In this document: one piece after another, positions 51,650 through 61,229 of the stretch
Layout of the letters: each line of letters starts with the position of its first letter
Position numbering within the stretch: the first letter of the stretch is position 1
Origin: Vicinamibacteria bacterium
GTDB taxonomy: Bacteria > Acidobacteriota > Vicinamibacteria > Fen-336
Length of the DNA: 64,000 bases
NCBI GenBank assembly: GCA_041493035.1
Contig: JBGPYB010000004.1
Coordinates: 1,465 to 65,464, forward strand
Direction of reading: 5' to 3'
Position numbers and translations under genes: made by a program
Notes under the pieces: generated by a model
Databases searched by the model: none
The model's input: only the letters and a program-made list of their open reading frames with translations
What the model was told of the DNA's origin: nothing

Positions 51650-52066
51650 TCAGGGCTTGGGTTCGTGGCGGCGCTTGCGGGCGAGGGGGCCGTCGGCGGT
51701 GAGGAAGAGGCCGACCATGTTGAGCAGCTTGGCGGCGAGGACTGGCTTGACCAGGTAGAGGTCGCTCCCGGCGTCCTGCCCCTCGGCCATGTCCATGAGC
51801 AGTCCCTTCGCCGTGAGGAAGATGACGGGCGTGTCCTCGGTCTGGGGGTGTTCCCGGATCTTCCGGCAGAGGTCGAAACCCGACATGCCGGGCATCGCGA
51901 CGTCCAGGATGAAAAGGTCGAAGGTGGACGACTCGAGAAGCGGCAGCGCGCCCTCGCCGGACGGCGCCGTCGTCACGTCGTAGCCCTTCTGCAAGAGAAT
52001 CTGACGCAACGCACCCAGAGCGGTGGCGTCGTCGTCGACCGCGAGTATCTTCTTCTTGGAAGCCAC
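51650..52066 (-). CDS. Single-domain (CheY-like) response regulator
   Basis: KKILAVDDD, phospho-acceptor D in FDLFILDVAMPGMSG, T/K motifs. GTG at 52066 avoids overlap with rarA. ATG at 52285 is the alternative. Confidence 0.7.
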   Translation of the reverse strand: MASKKKILAVDDDATALGALRQILLQKGYDVTTAPSGEGALPLLESSTFDLFILDVAMPGMSGFDLCRKIREHPQTEDTPVIFLTAKGLLMDMAEGQDAGSDLYLVKPVLAAKLLNMVGLFLTADGPLARKRRHEPKP

Positions 52067-52139
52067 GTGGAGGCACCTCGACCCGGACGCCGGGGAGGGC
52101 CGGCCCACGGATCCTACACCATCGCGGTGTGACTTTTGG

Positions 52140-53426
52140 TCAAGATCGGTCCGGCTTTCCGCGCTGTCGAATTGCCCGCGCGGCTTCGAGGCGCGCCGCC
52201 ATGTTAGCCTCGGCGCCGCGGTCCGTCGGGTGGTAGTACCGTCGCCCCGCCAGCGCCTCAGGTAGACAGTCCATGGCTGCGACACCCTCGGCCTCGTCGT
52301 GGGCGTATCGGTATCCCTTGCCGTAGCCGAGGTCCTTCATCAGCCCTGTCGGCGCGTTGCGGATCCAGAGCGGAACAGGATCGGCTCGCGTCTCCAAAGC
52401 GTCCTGCGCGGCGTCGCCGTAGGCCTTGTACACGGCGTTGCTCTTCGGCGCGGCGGCCAGGTAGACGACCAGCTCCGCCAGGGCCAGAGCACCCTCCTGC
52501 AGGCCGATGAAGTGGACGGCCTGTTGCGCCGCCATCGCCACGACCAGCGCCTGCGGATCGGCAAGCCCTACGTCCTCCGACGCGAAGCGCACGAGACGGC
52601 GGGCGATGTAGAGCGGATCCTCGCCGGCCTCGATCATCCGCGCGAGCCAGTAGAGGCCCGCGTCGGCGTCGGAGTTGCGGATCGACTTGTGGAGAGCGCT
52701 GATGATGTTGAAGTGCTCCTCGCCGGCGCGGTCATAGAGGAGCGCCTTGCGGGCGAAGGCCTGCTTCATCCAATCGAGGTCCAGGTACCGGCCACCCGCT
52801 GTGTGGGTCGGCGCGGTCGTCACGGCCATCTCAAGGACGTTGAGAGCCGTCCTCGCGTCGCCGTCCGAAGCGCGGGCCAGGAAGACGAGTGCGTCCTCGG
52901 AGACCTCGGCCGCGGCCGAGGCGAGGCCGCGATCGATGTCGGCCAGGGCGCGGCGCAGGATTTCGACCACGCGCTCCTGGGGCAGAGGCTTCAGCACCAC
53001 GACGCGCGATCGCGAGAGAAGCGCCGCGTTCACCTCGAAGGACGGATTCTCCGTGGTCGCGCCGATGAGGACGATGTCGCCCGACTCGACATGCGCGAGA
53101 AGAGCGTCCTGCTGCCCCTTGTTGAAGCGGTGGATCTCGTCGATGAAGACGATGGTCCGGCGGCCGTCGTGTCGCCGACGGGTCTCTGCCGCCTTCAGGA
53201 TCTCGCGCAGCTCCTTGACGCCGGAGAGCACGGCGCTCATCGCCTCGAAGTGGGCGCGGGTGGCCCGGCGGATGACCTTGGCCAGTGTCGTCTTGCCCGA
53301 TCCCGGCGGCCCCCACAGGATCAGCGAGCGGAGGGCGTCGGTCTCGATGGCGCGGCGAAGGGGCGTGCCGGGGCCGAGGGCCTCCTCCTGTCCCAGGATC
53401 TCGTCGAGCGAGCGAGGCCGCATCCG
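52140..53426 (-). CDS. rarA: Replication-associated recombination protein A (AAA+ ATPase)
   Basis: [14 protein letters not shown]-terminus, Walker [10 protein letters not shown], Walker [13 protein letters not shown], MgsA C-terminal domain. Upstream extension of the ORF would collide with trmH-family gene. Confidence 0.85.
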   Translation of the reverse strand, partial: RMRPRSLDEILGQEEALGPGTPLRRAIETDALRSLILWGPPGSGKTTLAKVIRRATRAHFEAMSAVLSGVKELREILKAAETRRRHDGRRTIVFIDEIHRFNKGQQDALLAHVESGDIVLIGATTENPSFEVNAALLSRSRVVVLKPLPQERVVEILRRALADIDRGLASAAAEVSEDALVFLARASDGDARTALNVLEMAVTTAPTHTAGGRYLDLDWMKQAFARKALLYDRAGEEHFNIISALHKSIRNSDADAGLYWLARMIEAGEDPLYIARRLVRFASEDVGLADPQALVVAMAAQQAVHFIGLQEGALALAELVVYLAAAPKSNAVYKAYGDAAQDALETRADPVPLWIRNAPTGLMKDLGYGKGYRYAHDEAEGVAAMDCLPEALAGRRYYHPTDRGAEANMAARLEAARAIRQRGKPDRS

Positions 53427-53521
53427 GTCGGCGAGAGGCGCATTGGCGCGTTCAGCGGCATCGACGGCCGGCCGCTCCTCGGGAAAGAGTGAACCCGAAG
53501 GACCGTGGTCACGCCCTTGGC

Positions 53522-54328
53522 TCACCGGTCCTGACGCCTTTGGCGCGCGGCCTCGAAGAGCAGCACGCCGGCGGCCACGCCCACGTTGAGGCTCTCGACG
53601 CTGCCGCGCATCGGGATCGAGACGCGCTGATCGGTCCCGCGGATGACCTCTTGAGACAGTCCCGCTCCCTCGTTGCCGAAGACGAACGCCACCGGTCCGT
53701 GCAGATCGGCCTCGTCGTAGCGCACCGAGGCGGTGGCATAGGCGGCGAGAGTGCGCACCCCGCGGCGGTGGAGAAGATCGATGGCGTGCTCGGGGCTCAG
53801 GTCTCTCAGGTGGGGGAGGCGAAAGGCGCTTCCCATGGAGCCCCGCAGCGCCTTCCACGAGAAAGGATCGACCGTTCCTTCGGTGAGAACCGCCCCCGTG
53901 GCGCCCGCGGCTTCGGCGGTGCGAAGGAGACCCCCGAGGTTCCCCGGGTTCTGGATCCCGACGGCGACGAGAAGCAATGGAGTCCCGCGGAAGAGAGCGT
54001 CCTCCGCAAACGTGGGTCGCTCGGCGAGAGCGAGGATCCCCTGGCTCGCCTCCATCTCCGAGATCGCGTCCAGGAGGCGGTCTTCCAGAAAGCGCACGGG
54101 GACGCCGCGATCGGTGAGACTGCGCAACAGGGCTCGCCCTTGTGGCGACTGTTGGACCCTCGTCGAGGCGGCCGCCTCGCGAAGGACGACCCCCGCTTGC
54201 CGTGCCTCCTCGAGGAGACGCACGCCCTCGACCAGGGCGAGATCGTCGGCGCCCCGATCCTTGAGCTGCAACAGACGCTTGAAGAAAGGGTTGGCGCGGC
54301 TCCGGATGACCTCGGTCGCGGCCTCCAT
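53522..54328 (-). CDS. TrmH/SpoU-family RNA 2'-O-methyltransferase
   Basis: SPOUT motifs ([45 protein letters not shown]). Confidence 0.75.
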   Translation of the reverse strand: MEAATEVIRSRANPFFKRLLQLKDRGADDLALVEGVRLLEEARQAGVVLREAAASTRVQQSPQGRALLRSLTDRGVPVRFLEDRLLDAISEMEASQGILALAERPTFAEDALFRGTPLLLVAVGIQNPGNLGGLLRTAEAAGATGAVLTEGTVDPFSWKALRGSMGSAFRLPHLRDLSPEHAIDLLHRRGVRTLAAYATASVRYDEADLHGPVAFVFGNEGAGLSQEVIRGTDQRVSIPMRGSVESLNVGVAAGVLLFEAARQRRQDR

Positions 54329-54342
54329 GGAAGGACGCGATC

Positions 54343-55815
54343 CTACCACGCGCCGGGATGGCCCCCGGCGATCTCGACCACGGTGAACGGAGCCGACGCC
54401 AGCGCGATATCGCTATCGTCCTTCAGCAGATAGGCCCTGTAGTCACCGGCGGGAAGGGGCCAGCCCCCGCCTTCGGTCGCCGCATCGAGCGTCGCGGTTC
54501 CTTCGATGGCGGTGTCCAGGTGGCGCCACAGGAGAGAGCTTTCCCTCTCGGGGCTAGCGGTGGCCTTGTACACACCCACCCAGTCCCAGCGATTCCCCGG
54601 TGCGCGACGCCAGGTCACGACGATCGGCTCACCGGAGGCGTAGCGCGACTGGGATAGAGTGATCTCCGGCTTCGCGTCCCTGGTCTGGACCCAGAACGGG
54701 AACGCGGCGAGGACGCCTCCTTGGGCGTCGCGAAGCGCCGCCCTGTAGGCTCCTGGCTTCATGTCGGCGGTTCGGAAGCCCAGGGTACCGTCGGTCGGCG
54801 CGTTCTGTCCGGTCGGCTGGATTGGAGGCGGCGCGAGTTTCGAGCCGCCGTCGGCAGGCAGGACCGCCACGCTCTCGCCAGTCTTTCCCAGCGCGTGGAA
54901 CCTCACCTCGAAGGCCTCTCCGACGGTGACCAGCCGCGGCTGAACCGAGACCAGCACGGGAGTGGGCGCCGGCGTGACCTCGAACGTCGATACGACGCCG
55001 CGATGATCCGAAGGCCATGGAGGCGCCACGGCGATATCCACACCGGGCCGGCCGCTCTCGCCGACGATGCGGCTGGCCTTCGCCACCGCGGGTCCCGCGG
55101 CAAAGACGAAGTCGATGCGGTCCTCGGGATCCTGGGGTCCCGGGTTCCAGCCGGGGAGCTGCGGTCTTCGCGCCCACCACGTCAGTCCCGGATACGTGAG
55201 AGGGTCGGGATGGACCTCGCGATAGGAGTCGCGAAAGCCCGCGCTCTCCACGGCCTCGGTCTCGGGCCACCGCAGCGGAAACCGGAGCTGCGGCCTGCGA
55301 CCCACCATGGCCGCGGTCCAGTCGCGGTGGGAGGGGACGTTGAAATCGCCTGTCAGGAAGACCGGGATCCCGCGTCGCGCAAGGTCCTGCAAGACCCCGA
55401 GTTGAGAAACGACATGCGGGACTCGCATTCGCCTCTCGAGTACCAGCGCCTCCTCGGCTGAGGCACCCTTGGCGATGACTTCAGGGCCGTACGGGTCCGA
55501 CGGCAGATGAACGTTGGCCATGGCAACGACCCGACCCGGGGACGTTTCGACGAAGACGTAGATGCCCTGTCCCGCCGGCGGATCCAGGATCCGATACTTC
55601 GACACGACTTGCAGCCGCGCGCTGGCGTAGGGCCAGCCGAGAGCCACCGCGAGGCGCTCGACCTGTCCCTCCCCCTCCTCGACGCCGACCACGTCGGCGC
55701 CGCTCAGGCGCACCGCCTCGACGACCTTGCCAAAGTCGACGCCTGTGCCCCCGTACTCGACGTTGAAGACCATGACGTTGAGGGTGATGGTGGCTGCGGC
55801 GATGGGCATGAGCAT
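54343..55815 (-). CDS. Endonuclease/exonuclease/phosphatase (EEP) family protein with C-terminal beta-rich domain
   Basis: EEP motifs ([32 protein letters not shown]). Confidence 0.55.
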   Translation of the reverse strand: MLMPIAAATITLNVMVFNVEYGGTGVDFGKVVEAVRLSGADVVGVEEGEGQVERLAVALGWPYASARLQVVSKYRILDPPAGQGIYVFVETSPGRVVAMANVHLPSDPYGPEVIAKGASAEEALVLERRMRVPHVVSQLGVLQDLARRGIPVFLTGDFNVPSHRDWTAAMVGRRPQLRFPLRWPETEAVESAGFRDSYREVHPDPLTYPGLTWWARRPQLPGWNPGPQDPEDRIDFVFAAGPAVAKASRIVGESGRPGVDIAVAPPWPSDHRGVVSTFEVTPAPTPVLVSVQPRLVTVGEAFEVRFHALGKTGESVAVLPADGGSKLAPPPIQPTGQNAPTDGTLGFRTADMKPGAYRAALRDAQGGVLAAFPFWVQTRDAKPEITLSQSRYASGEPIVVTWRRAPGNRWDWVGVYKATASPERESSLLWRHLDTAIEGTATLDAATEGGGWPLPAGDYRAYLLKDDSDIALASAPFTVVEIAGGHPGAW

Positions 55816-55907
55816 GTTGCATCCTCTCCCGAAATCGGTGACCCAGGCGTGACGCAGGCTATCCCGTTTCCCTTCCGTCGTGGGCGGGGTTAGGATGATC
55901 GCCGGCC

Positions 55908-56396
55908 ATGGACGTTATCAAGAAAAAGCTCGACGATGAGATCCGGGCGCTGGAGTACGAACTGAGGGTCCAGCTCCCCAGGGAAATCCTCAAGGCCAGG
56001 GAGCACGGCGACCTCCGCGAGAACGCCGAGTACAAGTCGGCCAAGGAGCGCCAGAAGTTCCTCGAGGCGCGGGTCTCGCAGCTCCACCAGCGCCTCGCGG
56101 CCCTGTCCCTCGTGAACCTCGACAGGATCCCTCACGACAAGGTGGGACTCGGCTCCACCGTCAGCCTGCGCCACACCGGCAACGGCGAGGAGATCGTCTA
56201 CCAGATCGTGACGACCGAAGAGTCGGATCCGCCGACGGGTCGCATCTCTCCCTCGTCGCCCATCGGCAAGTGCCTCCTCAATCATGGAGAAGGGGACACC
56301 GTCGAGGTCAAGGTCCCGTCGGGGACCAAGGAATACGAGATCATCAAGCTCGTGACCATGCACGATCAGGTCAAGGACACACCCGCGGAGACGTGA
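55908..56396 (+). CDS. greA: Transcription elongation factor GreA
   Basis: Coiled-coil N-domain with DLRENAEYKSAKERQ, C-terminal FKBP-like domain. 162 aa. Confidence 0.9.
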   Translation: MDVIKKKLDDEIRALEYELRVQLPREILKAREHGDLRENAEYKSAKERQKFLEARVSQLHQRLAALSLVNLDRIPHDKVGLGSTVSLRHTGNGEEIVYQIVTTEESDPPTGRISPSSPIGKCLLNHGEGDTVEVKVPSGTKEYEIIKLVTMHDQVKDTPAET

Positions 56397-56412
56397 CGCG
56401 GCCCGGGCGTCC

Positions 56413-57420
56413 GTGACCTCGCTGCGCATGACGTCGGTCCCACTCTCCGGGGACGTCGCCCAGGCGCTCGCAGCGGTCCCCGCCGTCCCCGGCGTGGGGC
56501 AAATCGTCGGCCCAGACGGAAGCAACCTCGTGATCGGCCGCGGCGCCCATCTGCGGCGCTGGGCCGCCTCGCATCTTGGGGCCGGCAAGCCGCCTCGTCC
56601 CGGCATTCGTCCGCCCACGAATCTGGCACCCATCGCCACGGCGATCGCGTTTGCCGAGACGACGTCCGCCTTCCACCAGCGTCTCGTCTACGAGCGGTTG
56701 ATGGCTCGCTACGTGCCGGCCTCGGCGCGACGCGACCTCAAGCCTCCGGTCTACCTTCACCTGGATCCTGCCGAGCGCTTTCCCCGGATCGTGGTGCGGT
56801 CGTCGAACGATGGCCGAGAGGGCCTCTACGGCCCGTTCCGCGATCGTCGCACGGCCGAGGCGGCCCGCCAGCGTCTCCACAAGCTCTTTCCCCTGCGCCC
56901 CTGCGACTATGTCTTCGAGCCGGACCCGAACCTTGCTCTCGGACAGGGCTGCGTCTACGCGCAGGTCAGGACCTGCGCTGCGCCCTGCTTGTCGCGGACC
57001 TCCGAAGAGGCGTATCGGGAGCTTGCGTCGGAGACGGCCGCCCTCCTGTCCCGAGTCTCGGCGCGGCTGCCTGAGGTCGAGGACGTCGTCCCCCCGTGGG
57101 TCGCGGCGTTTCAGGGGAGTGCCGGGCTCGTGGCCGAGGCTGGCACCCGCGGGATCGAGCTTTACCCGATACGCGAGGGGACGGTTCTCGACGAGAGCTG
57201 CGTTCGGGTGGGCGCGGACGAGCCATTGGGCGATGCGCTCGCGATCCTGCGATGGACGCCGGTCGCCGGCGGTGCGCCGCCCGACGACGCTCCCTGGCTC
57301 TCCGCATGGCTTCACGCTCCCCGGCGGACGGGGGTCTTTGTTACGGTCGATCTGCCTGCATCGGGGGCGGCTCTTCGCGAGCGACTGCGTGATAAGTTAG
57401 GGCGTCCCGAGGATCGATGA
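56413..57420 (+). CDS. Degenerate UvrC N-terminal-region paralog (GIY-YIG-like plus Cys-rich region), catalytic Tyr residues replaced
   Basis: Collinear with the N-terminal about 200 aa of the window's own uvrC: PGVGQIV.. vs SGVYLFK.., NLVIGRGAHLRRW vs ILYVGKARVLRDRV, KLFPLRPC...CVYAQVRTCAAPC vs KIFGVRSC...CLQHQIHRCIAPC. Start GTG 56413 or ATG 56428. Confidence 0.6.
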   Translation: MTSLRMTSVPLSGDVAQALAAVPAVPGVGQIVGPDGSNLVIGRGAHLRRWAASHLGAGKPPRPGIRPPTNLAPIATAIAFAETTSAFHQRLVYERLMARYVPASARRDLKPPVYLHLDPAERFPRIVVRSSNDGREGLYGPFRDRRTAEAARQRLHKLFPLRPCDYVFEPDPNLALGQGCVYAQVRTCAAPCLSRTSEEAYRELASETAALLSRVSARLPEVEDVVPPWVAAFQGSAGLVAEAGTRGIELYPIREGTVLDESCVRVGADEPLGDALAILRWTPVAGGAPPDDAPWLSAWLHAPRRTGVFVTVDLPASGAALRERLRDKLGRPEDR

Positions 57421-58901
57421 AAGAGTACTCGCCGAAAAGGCGCACCGCGCTGGTCCTCACGGGGAGTGGCACGTCGGGGGCGTATCACGCCGGGGCACTG
57501 AAGGCCCTCGACGAAAGCGGCGTCAAGATCGACCTAATCGTCGGTTCCGGCATCGGTTCGGTGGCCGCGGCCTTCGGCGCGGTGGCCGGGGGCGCGCGCC
57601 TCTATGGACGCGGTGGATTCTGGGACGGCGCCCGGTGGAGCTCTTTCTATCGGCTGCGGCCGTTTCTGCGTTCTGTGCTTGGCCTCCTCGCCGCAATCCT
57701 GGGCGTGTTCCTGGTTCCCGCGACGGTCGCGCTCGTGGTCGGCCTTCTGTCGCCGCTGCTGCTCATCGTTTGGCTCGTTTGGTCGCGGGTTCACGCGGAC
57801 TTTCCGAGTTGGGTGGGTCTCGACCCAGGGCTGCTCCCGACGGTCTACGTCGCCGCCCTCGCCATCCCCGCCTTCGCTCTCGGCCTCCTCGTCGTGGTCT
57901 TTCTGTGTCGCCTCGCCTACCGCGATCGGAAGAGGATGGGCGAGGCCTTCGAGGCGGTGCTCGACGCGCGCCGTGGCTCCGAGCGTCTCTGCCGCGCTCT
58001 CTGGGAGGTGGCTCGTGGCCCTGCGGTCAGCGCCGCGCCCCCTTCGGAAACGGAGCTCGGGAAGCGCTTTGTCGCCCTCGCCTCGGAGAACCTCGGGCAG
58101 CCGGGTTTCAGGGAGCTGATCCTTCGGACCGCGGACTTGGACACAGGCAGCTCGCTCCCCTTCGTCCTCTTGCAGGATGCTCACCGTGCCGCGTTTGCCG
58201 TGGCCCGCTCTCGCGGAGCACGCTCGCGCCTCGACGGCCTTCCGGGCGCCGTCGACCTCCGCGCCTCAGGGTACGACGTCCTTCTCTTCGACGCGGTGGT
58301 GACGGGTCTCCTGCCACCCCTGGCCGCTCCGGTGCGTAGGGTCGCCTTCCCTCGCGGTGGCCTGTACGCGGGCGAGGTTCACCGGCTCGCCGACGCGAGC
58401 GTCGTGGCGGGCTCCGGCATCTCCGAAGCCCTGGCCGCGGGCGCCGACCAGGTGATCCTGGTCTCAGGCGTTCCGCAGATCGCCGCCGCTCCTCCGCGCC
58501 GGCGTGGGCCGCGCGCCCTGGCCGACGGGATCCTCGCGACCCTCGAGCGTCAAGCGGTGGATCGCGACGTGGACGGTGCGGAACGGGTCAACCGCATGGT
58601 CGAGACGCTGGGACATCGCACGGAAGACGGCGGGCGTGCGTGGCAGGACCCGGCCACGGGACGCCTCTACCGCGACTTCGGCCTCTACGTCATCCGCCCC
58701 GAGAGGCGCGCCTTGGGTCCGCTCGAGTTCGATGGCGCGCAGGATCCGACCAGCGAGGTCCTGGAGACGCCGGCGGACCTCGTCGAGCAGGGATACCGGG
58801 ATGCGTACCGCTTGTTCGTCGAGCCTGTCGTCGGCGGCGCGCCCGAGCCGCGCCCTTCGGGTTCGCAGGCCGAGGAAGAGGGGCAACCCATCGGCCTCTG
58901 A
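57417..58901 (+). CDS. Patatin-like phospholipase domain membrane protein (atypical VGSGI nucleophile elbow)
   Basis: N-terminal LVLTGSGTSGAYHAGAL oxyanion region. IVGSGIGSVAAAFGA in place of the GxSxG elbow. Three or four TM helices mid-protein. ATG overlaps the upstream stop (ATGA). Confidence 0.55.
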   Translation: MKEYSPKRRTALVLTGSGTSGAYHAGALKALDESGVKIDLIVGSGIGSVAAAFGAVAGGARLYGRGGFWDGARWSSFYRLRPFLRSVLGLLAAILGVFLVPATVALVVGLLSPLLLIVWLVWSRVHADFPSWVGLDPGLLPTVYVAALAIPAFALGLLVVVFLCRLAYRDRKRMGEAFEAVLDARRGSERLCRALWEVARGPAVSAAPPSETELGKRFVALASENLGQPGFRELILRTADLDTGSSLPFVLLQDAHRAAFAVARSRGARSRLDGLPGAVDLRASGYDVLLFDAVVTGLLPPLAAPVRRVAFPRGGLYAGEVHRLADASVVAGSGISEALAAGADQVILVSGVPQIAAAPPRRRGPRALADGILATLERQAVDRDVDGAERVNRMVETLGHRTEDGGRAWQDPATGRLYRDFGLYVIRPERRALGPLEFDGAQDPTSEVLETPADLVEQGYRDAYRLFVEPVVGGAPEPRPSGSQAEEEGQPIGL

Positions 58902-58919
58902 GCCGCGAGGGAGCAGGCC

Positions 58920-60089
58920 ATGGTGGGGCAGGGAATCGGGACGCGGGCCGTTCACGGCGGCGGCCGGCCGAAGAGCGGGCCGCTCACGACGCCGATCGTC
59001 CAGTCCTCGCCTTTCGTCTTCGAGTCCGCCGCCGAGATGCGACGCTACCTCGAAGGGGACGACGCGCTCTATCTGTACACGCGCTACGCGAACCCGACGC
59101 TCCAAGCGCTCGAAACGGCTCTGGCCGATCTCGAGGGAGGCGAGGCGGCGCTGGTGCTCGCCTCGGGAATGGCGGCGATGACGACGGCGCTCCTGTCTCT
59201 GGTCAAGGCCGGGGACGAGATCCTGGCCAGCGCCTCGCTCTATGGTGGAACGACCCGTCTGGTGCGCGACGTCCTGCCGGGCCTCGGGGTGTCGTCGCGC
59301 CTCGTCCCCGCGGCGGACCTTCCGCGAGTGAACGAACTGGCGGGACCCGAGACACGGGTCCTGGTCTTCGAGACGCCCACGAACCCCATCGTGTCCATCG
59401 TCGACATCCAGAAGGTCGCGGCCGCAGCTCACGAGCGGGGCCTCGTCGTCGTCGTCGACAACACCTTCGCGACCCCGATGGTCCAGCGGCCGCTCTCCCT
59501 CGGGGCCGACCTTGTGATGCACAGCCTGACCAAGGCGCTGTCAGGGCACAGCGACATCATCGGCGGCGCGCTGGTCGGGTCGCGGGGCAGGATCGACGCG
59601 GCGCGGAGCATGCTCAAGGTTCTCGGCGGATGTATGGACCCCCATCCCGCCGCCCTGGCGCTGCGTGGCCTGAAGACCCTGCATCTGCGCGTCGCTCGTC
59701 ACTGCGAGAACGCCATGGCCCTGGCCTCCCATCTGGAGCGGCATCCGAAGGTCACGCGGGTGATCTATCCGGGGCTCGCGTCCCACGAAGGCCACGAGGT
59801 GGCCCGGCGCCAGATGGCGGGGTTTGGCGGCCTGGTGACGATCATCGTCGCCGGTGGGCTGGCGGCGGCCGAGCGCTTCTACGACGGCCTGAACGTGATC
59901 GCGCGAGCGGCAAGTCTGGGCGGCGTCGAGTCTCTCGTGAGCCTTCCGGTTCACACCTCCCACTACGGCTACACTGCCGAGCAGTTGGCCGCGGCGGGAA
60001 TCGACCCGGGAATGGTCCGCATCTCACTGGGGGTGGAGGACGCCGCGGACCTCATCGAGGACGTCGATCGGGCTCTGGCCGGTGTCTGA
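58920..60089 (+). CDS. Cys/Met-metabolism PLP-dependent enzyme (cystathionine gamma-synthase / methionine gamma-lyase family)
   Basis: PLP lysine in HSLTKALSGHSD, NPT motif (YANPT), 389 aa. Confidence 0.8.
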   Translation: MVGQGIGTRAVHGGGRPKSGPLTTPIVQSSPFVFESAAEMRRYLEGDDALYLYTRYANPTLQALETALADLEGGEAALVLASGMAAMTTALLSLVKAGDEILASASLYGGTTRLVRDVLPGLGVSSRLVPAADLPRVNELAGPETRVLVFETPTNPIVSIVDIQKVAAAAHERGLVVVVDNTFATPMVQRPLSLGADLVMHSLTKALSGHSDIIGGALVGSRGRIDAARSMLKVLGGCMDPHPAALALRGLKTLHLRVARHCENAMALASHLERHPKVTRVIYPGLASHEGHEVARRQMAGFGGLVTIIVAGGLAAAERFYDGLNVIARAASLGGVESLVSLPVHTSHYGYTAEQLAAAGIDPGMVRISLGVEDAADLIEDVDRALAGV

Positions 60090-60110
60090 CTCGCACGAGG
60101 GATTCTGGGC

Positions 60111-60647
60111 TTGGCTTCGAACGAGACCGTACTGACCGTCGTTCTTGTTGGCCTCGGCCTCTATTTCTCCGTCCTGCTCGTTCGAGGGCTCGTGGGCTAC
60201 ATGCGTTTCCGCCGCGTTCGCCCCACCGCGCTCATTACGTGGCCCGCTCCGCGGCCGGCGCACTTCCGCTTCCTTGTCCTCCTCGGCGTGCTGTCGGCGG
60301 CCGTCGCCGCCTTGAACGGCTTCATGCAGCGCCCCTTCCACCACGTGTTGTCACAGGGGTTGATGTCGCTCTACTTCGTCCTCGTGGTTCCCCTCTCGGC
60401 GCGAATCCAACTCGGCCTCTACCGGGACGGCGTCTGGGCCGACGCGGGTTTTCTCTCGTGGGCCGAGATCGGCCGGATGGCCTTTCGCGAAACACCCGAG
60501 ATCGTCCTGCTCCTCCTGCCCAAAGGCGGATCGGCTTCCTTTCGCCTGCCGGTTCCCGCGGCCGAGTACGGCGCGGTGCGCAAGACGCTCGAGGAGAAGG
60601 TCCGCGCCCGTGTCCTGAACGTCGAGGCGGGAATCCTCGGCCTCTGA
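60111..60647 (+). CDS. Hypothetical membrane protein
   Basis: Four predicted TM helices. No recognisable family. Confidence 0.45.
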   Translation: MASNETVLTVVLVGLGLYFSVLLVRGLVGYMRFRRVRPTALITWPAPRPAHFRFLVLLGVLSAAVAALNGFMQRPFHHVLSQGLMSLYFVLVVPLSARIQLGLYRDGVWADAGFLSWAEIGRMAFRETPEIVLLLLPKGGSASFRLPVPAAEYGAVRKTLEEKVRARVLNVEAGILGL

Positions 60648-60673
60648 GCCTTCTCCGGGAGTATCCTGTCGGC

Positions 60674-60892
60674 GTGAATGAGCCCGTGGTGACGGTCACC
60701 GTGACGCGGCGCCGAGGTCGCGAAGCCGTGGACACGGAACTGCCTGTTGGTAGCCTCGAAGAACTCTTCGAGATCTGCCGCGAGGTGGCTCCGTCGGAGA
60801 GCGTCTGGGTTTCCCTGAAGCGCGGCGGCGGCGAGGTCCGCTTGAACTTCGCGAGCTTCATCCGAACGTCTGTTTCGCCGAAGCTGCCGTAG
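60674..60892 (+). CDS. Small hypothetical protein
   Basis: 72-aa GTG-start ORF in a compact gene spacing. Weak call. Confidence 0.25.
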   Translation: MNEPVVTVTVTRRRGREAVDTELPVGSLEELFEICREVAPSESVWVSLKRGGGEVRLNFASFIRTSVSPKLP

Positions 60893-61021
60893 GACGGCAC
60901 CACAACGGAAACGGAAACCGCGGAAACACGGAGGCACGGAGAAGAACTGGAGATCGACTCACTGCCGCGAAGCCCCTTGCTCGCTGACGCCGGCTTTCCG
61001 TGTCATGGGCGGGCTCGCGCG

Positions 61022-61051
61022 TTGACAGGGTCGCGCGGGGACACCTATCAT
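61022..61051 (+). promoter_or_regulatory. Sigma70-like promoter candidate for the aspartokinase leader
   Basis: TTGACA (61022-61027), 18-nt spacer, TATCAT (61046-61051). Confidence 0.4.
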
Positions 61052-61062
61052 CCGATCGTTCA

Positions 61063-61164
61063 ATGACGATCTCGACGCAAACCCGGCGCGCTTCTTCTCG
61101 AACGTCGCTCTCCGTGTCGATGCGAACCATTACGAGCGACGACTCGGGGGACGCTCCGATCTAG
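61063..61164 (+). other. Candidate Thr/Ile/Ser-rich leader peptide ORF (33 codons)
   Basis: ATG 61063 to TAG 61162-61164 encodes MTISTQTRRASSRTSLSVSMRTITSDDSGDAPI. Ends 28 nt before the terminator-like hairpin. Confidence 0.3.
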
Positions 61165-61192
61165 GCGCGCAGCAAGCGAGATCGAAGCGAGA

Positions 61193-61224
61193 CCCCCGAG
61201 GGTGACCTCGGGGGTTTTCGTTTT
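61193..61224 (+). terminator. Intrinsic-terminator-like hairpin plus U-tract immediately upstream of the aspartokinase start (attenuator candidate)
   Basis: 9-bp GC stem CCCCCGAGG / CCTCGGGGG with GTGA tetraloop, followed by TTTTCGTTTT. Start codon is 6 nt downstream. Confidence 0.5.
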
Positions 61225-61229
61225 AGGGG

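Noticed and set aside
60896-60960. Thr-rich reading frame (TTTETETAET) encoded by the CGGAAAC repeats, considered as a thr-type leader peptide
   Set aside because: No in-frame ATG/GTG/TTG start between the preceding TAG and the Thr codons. The better candidate leader ORF lies downstream at 61063-61164.
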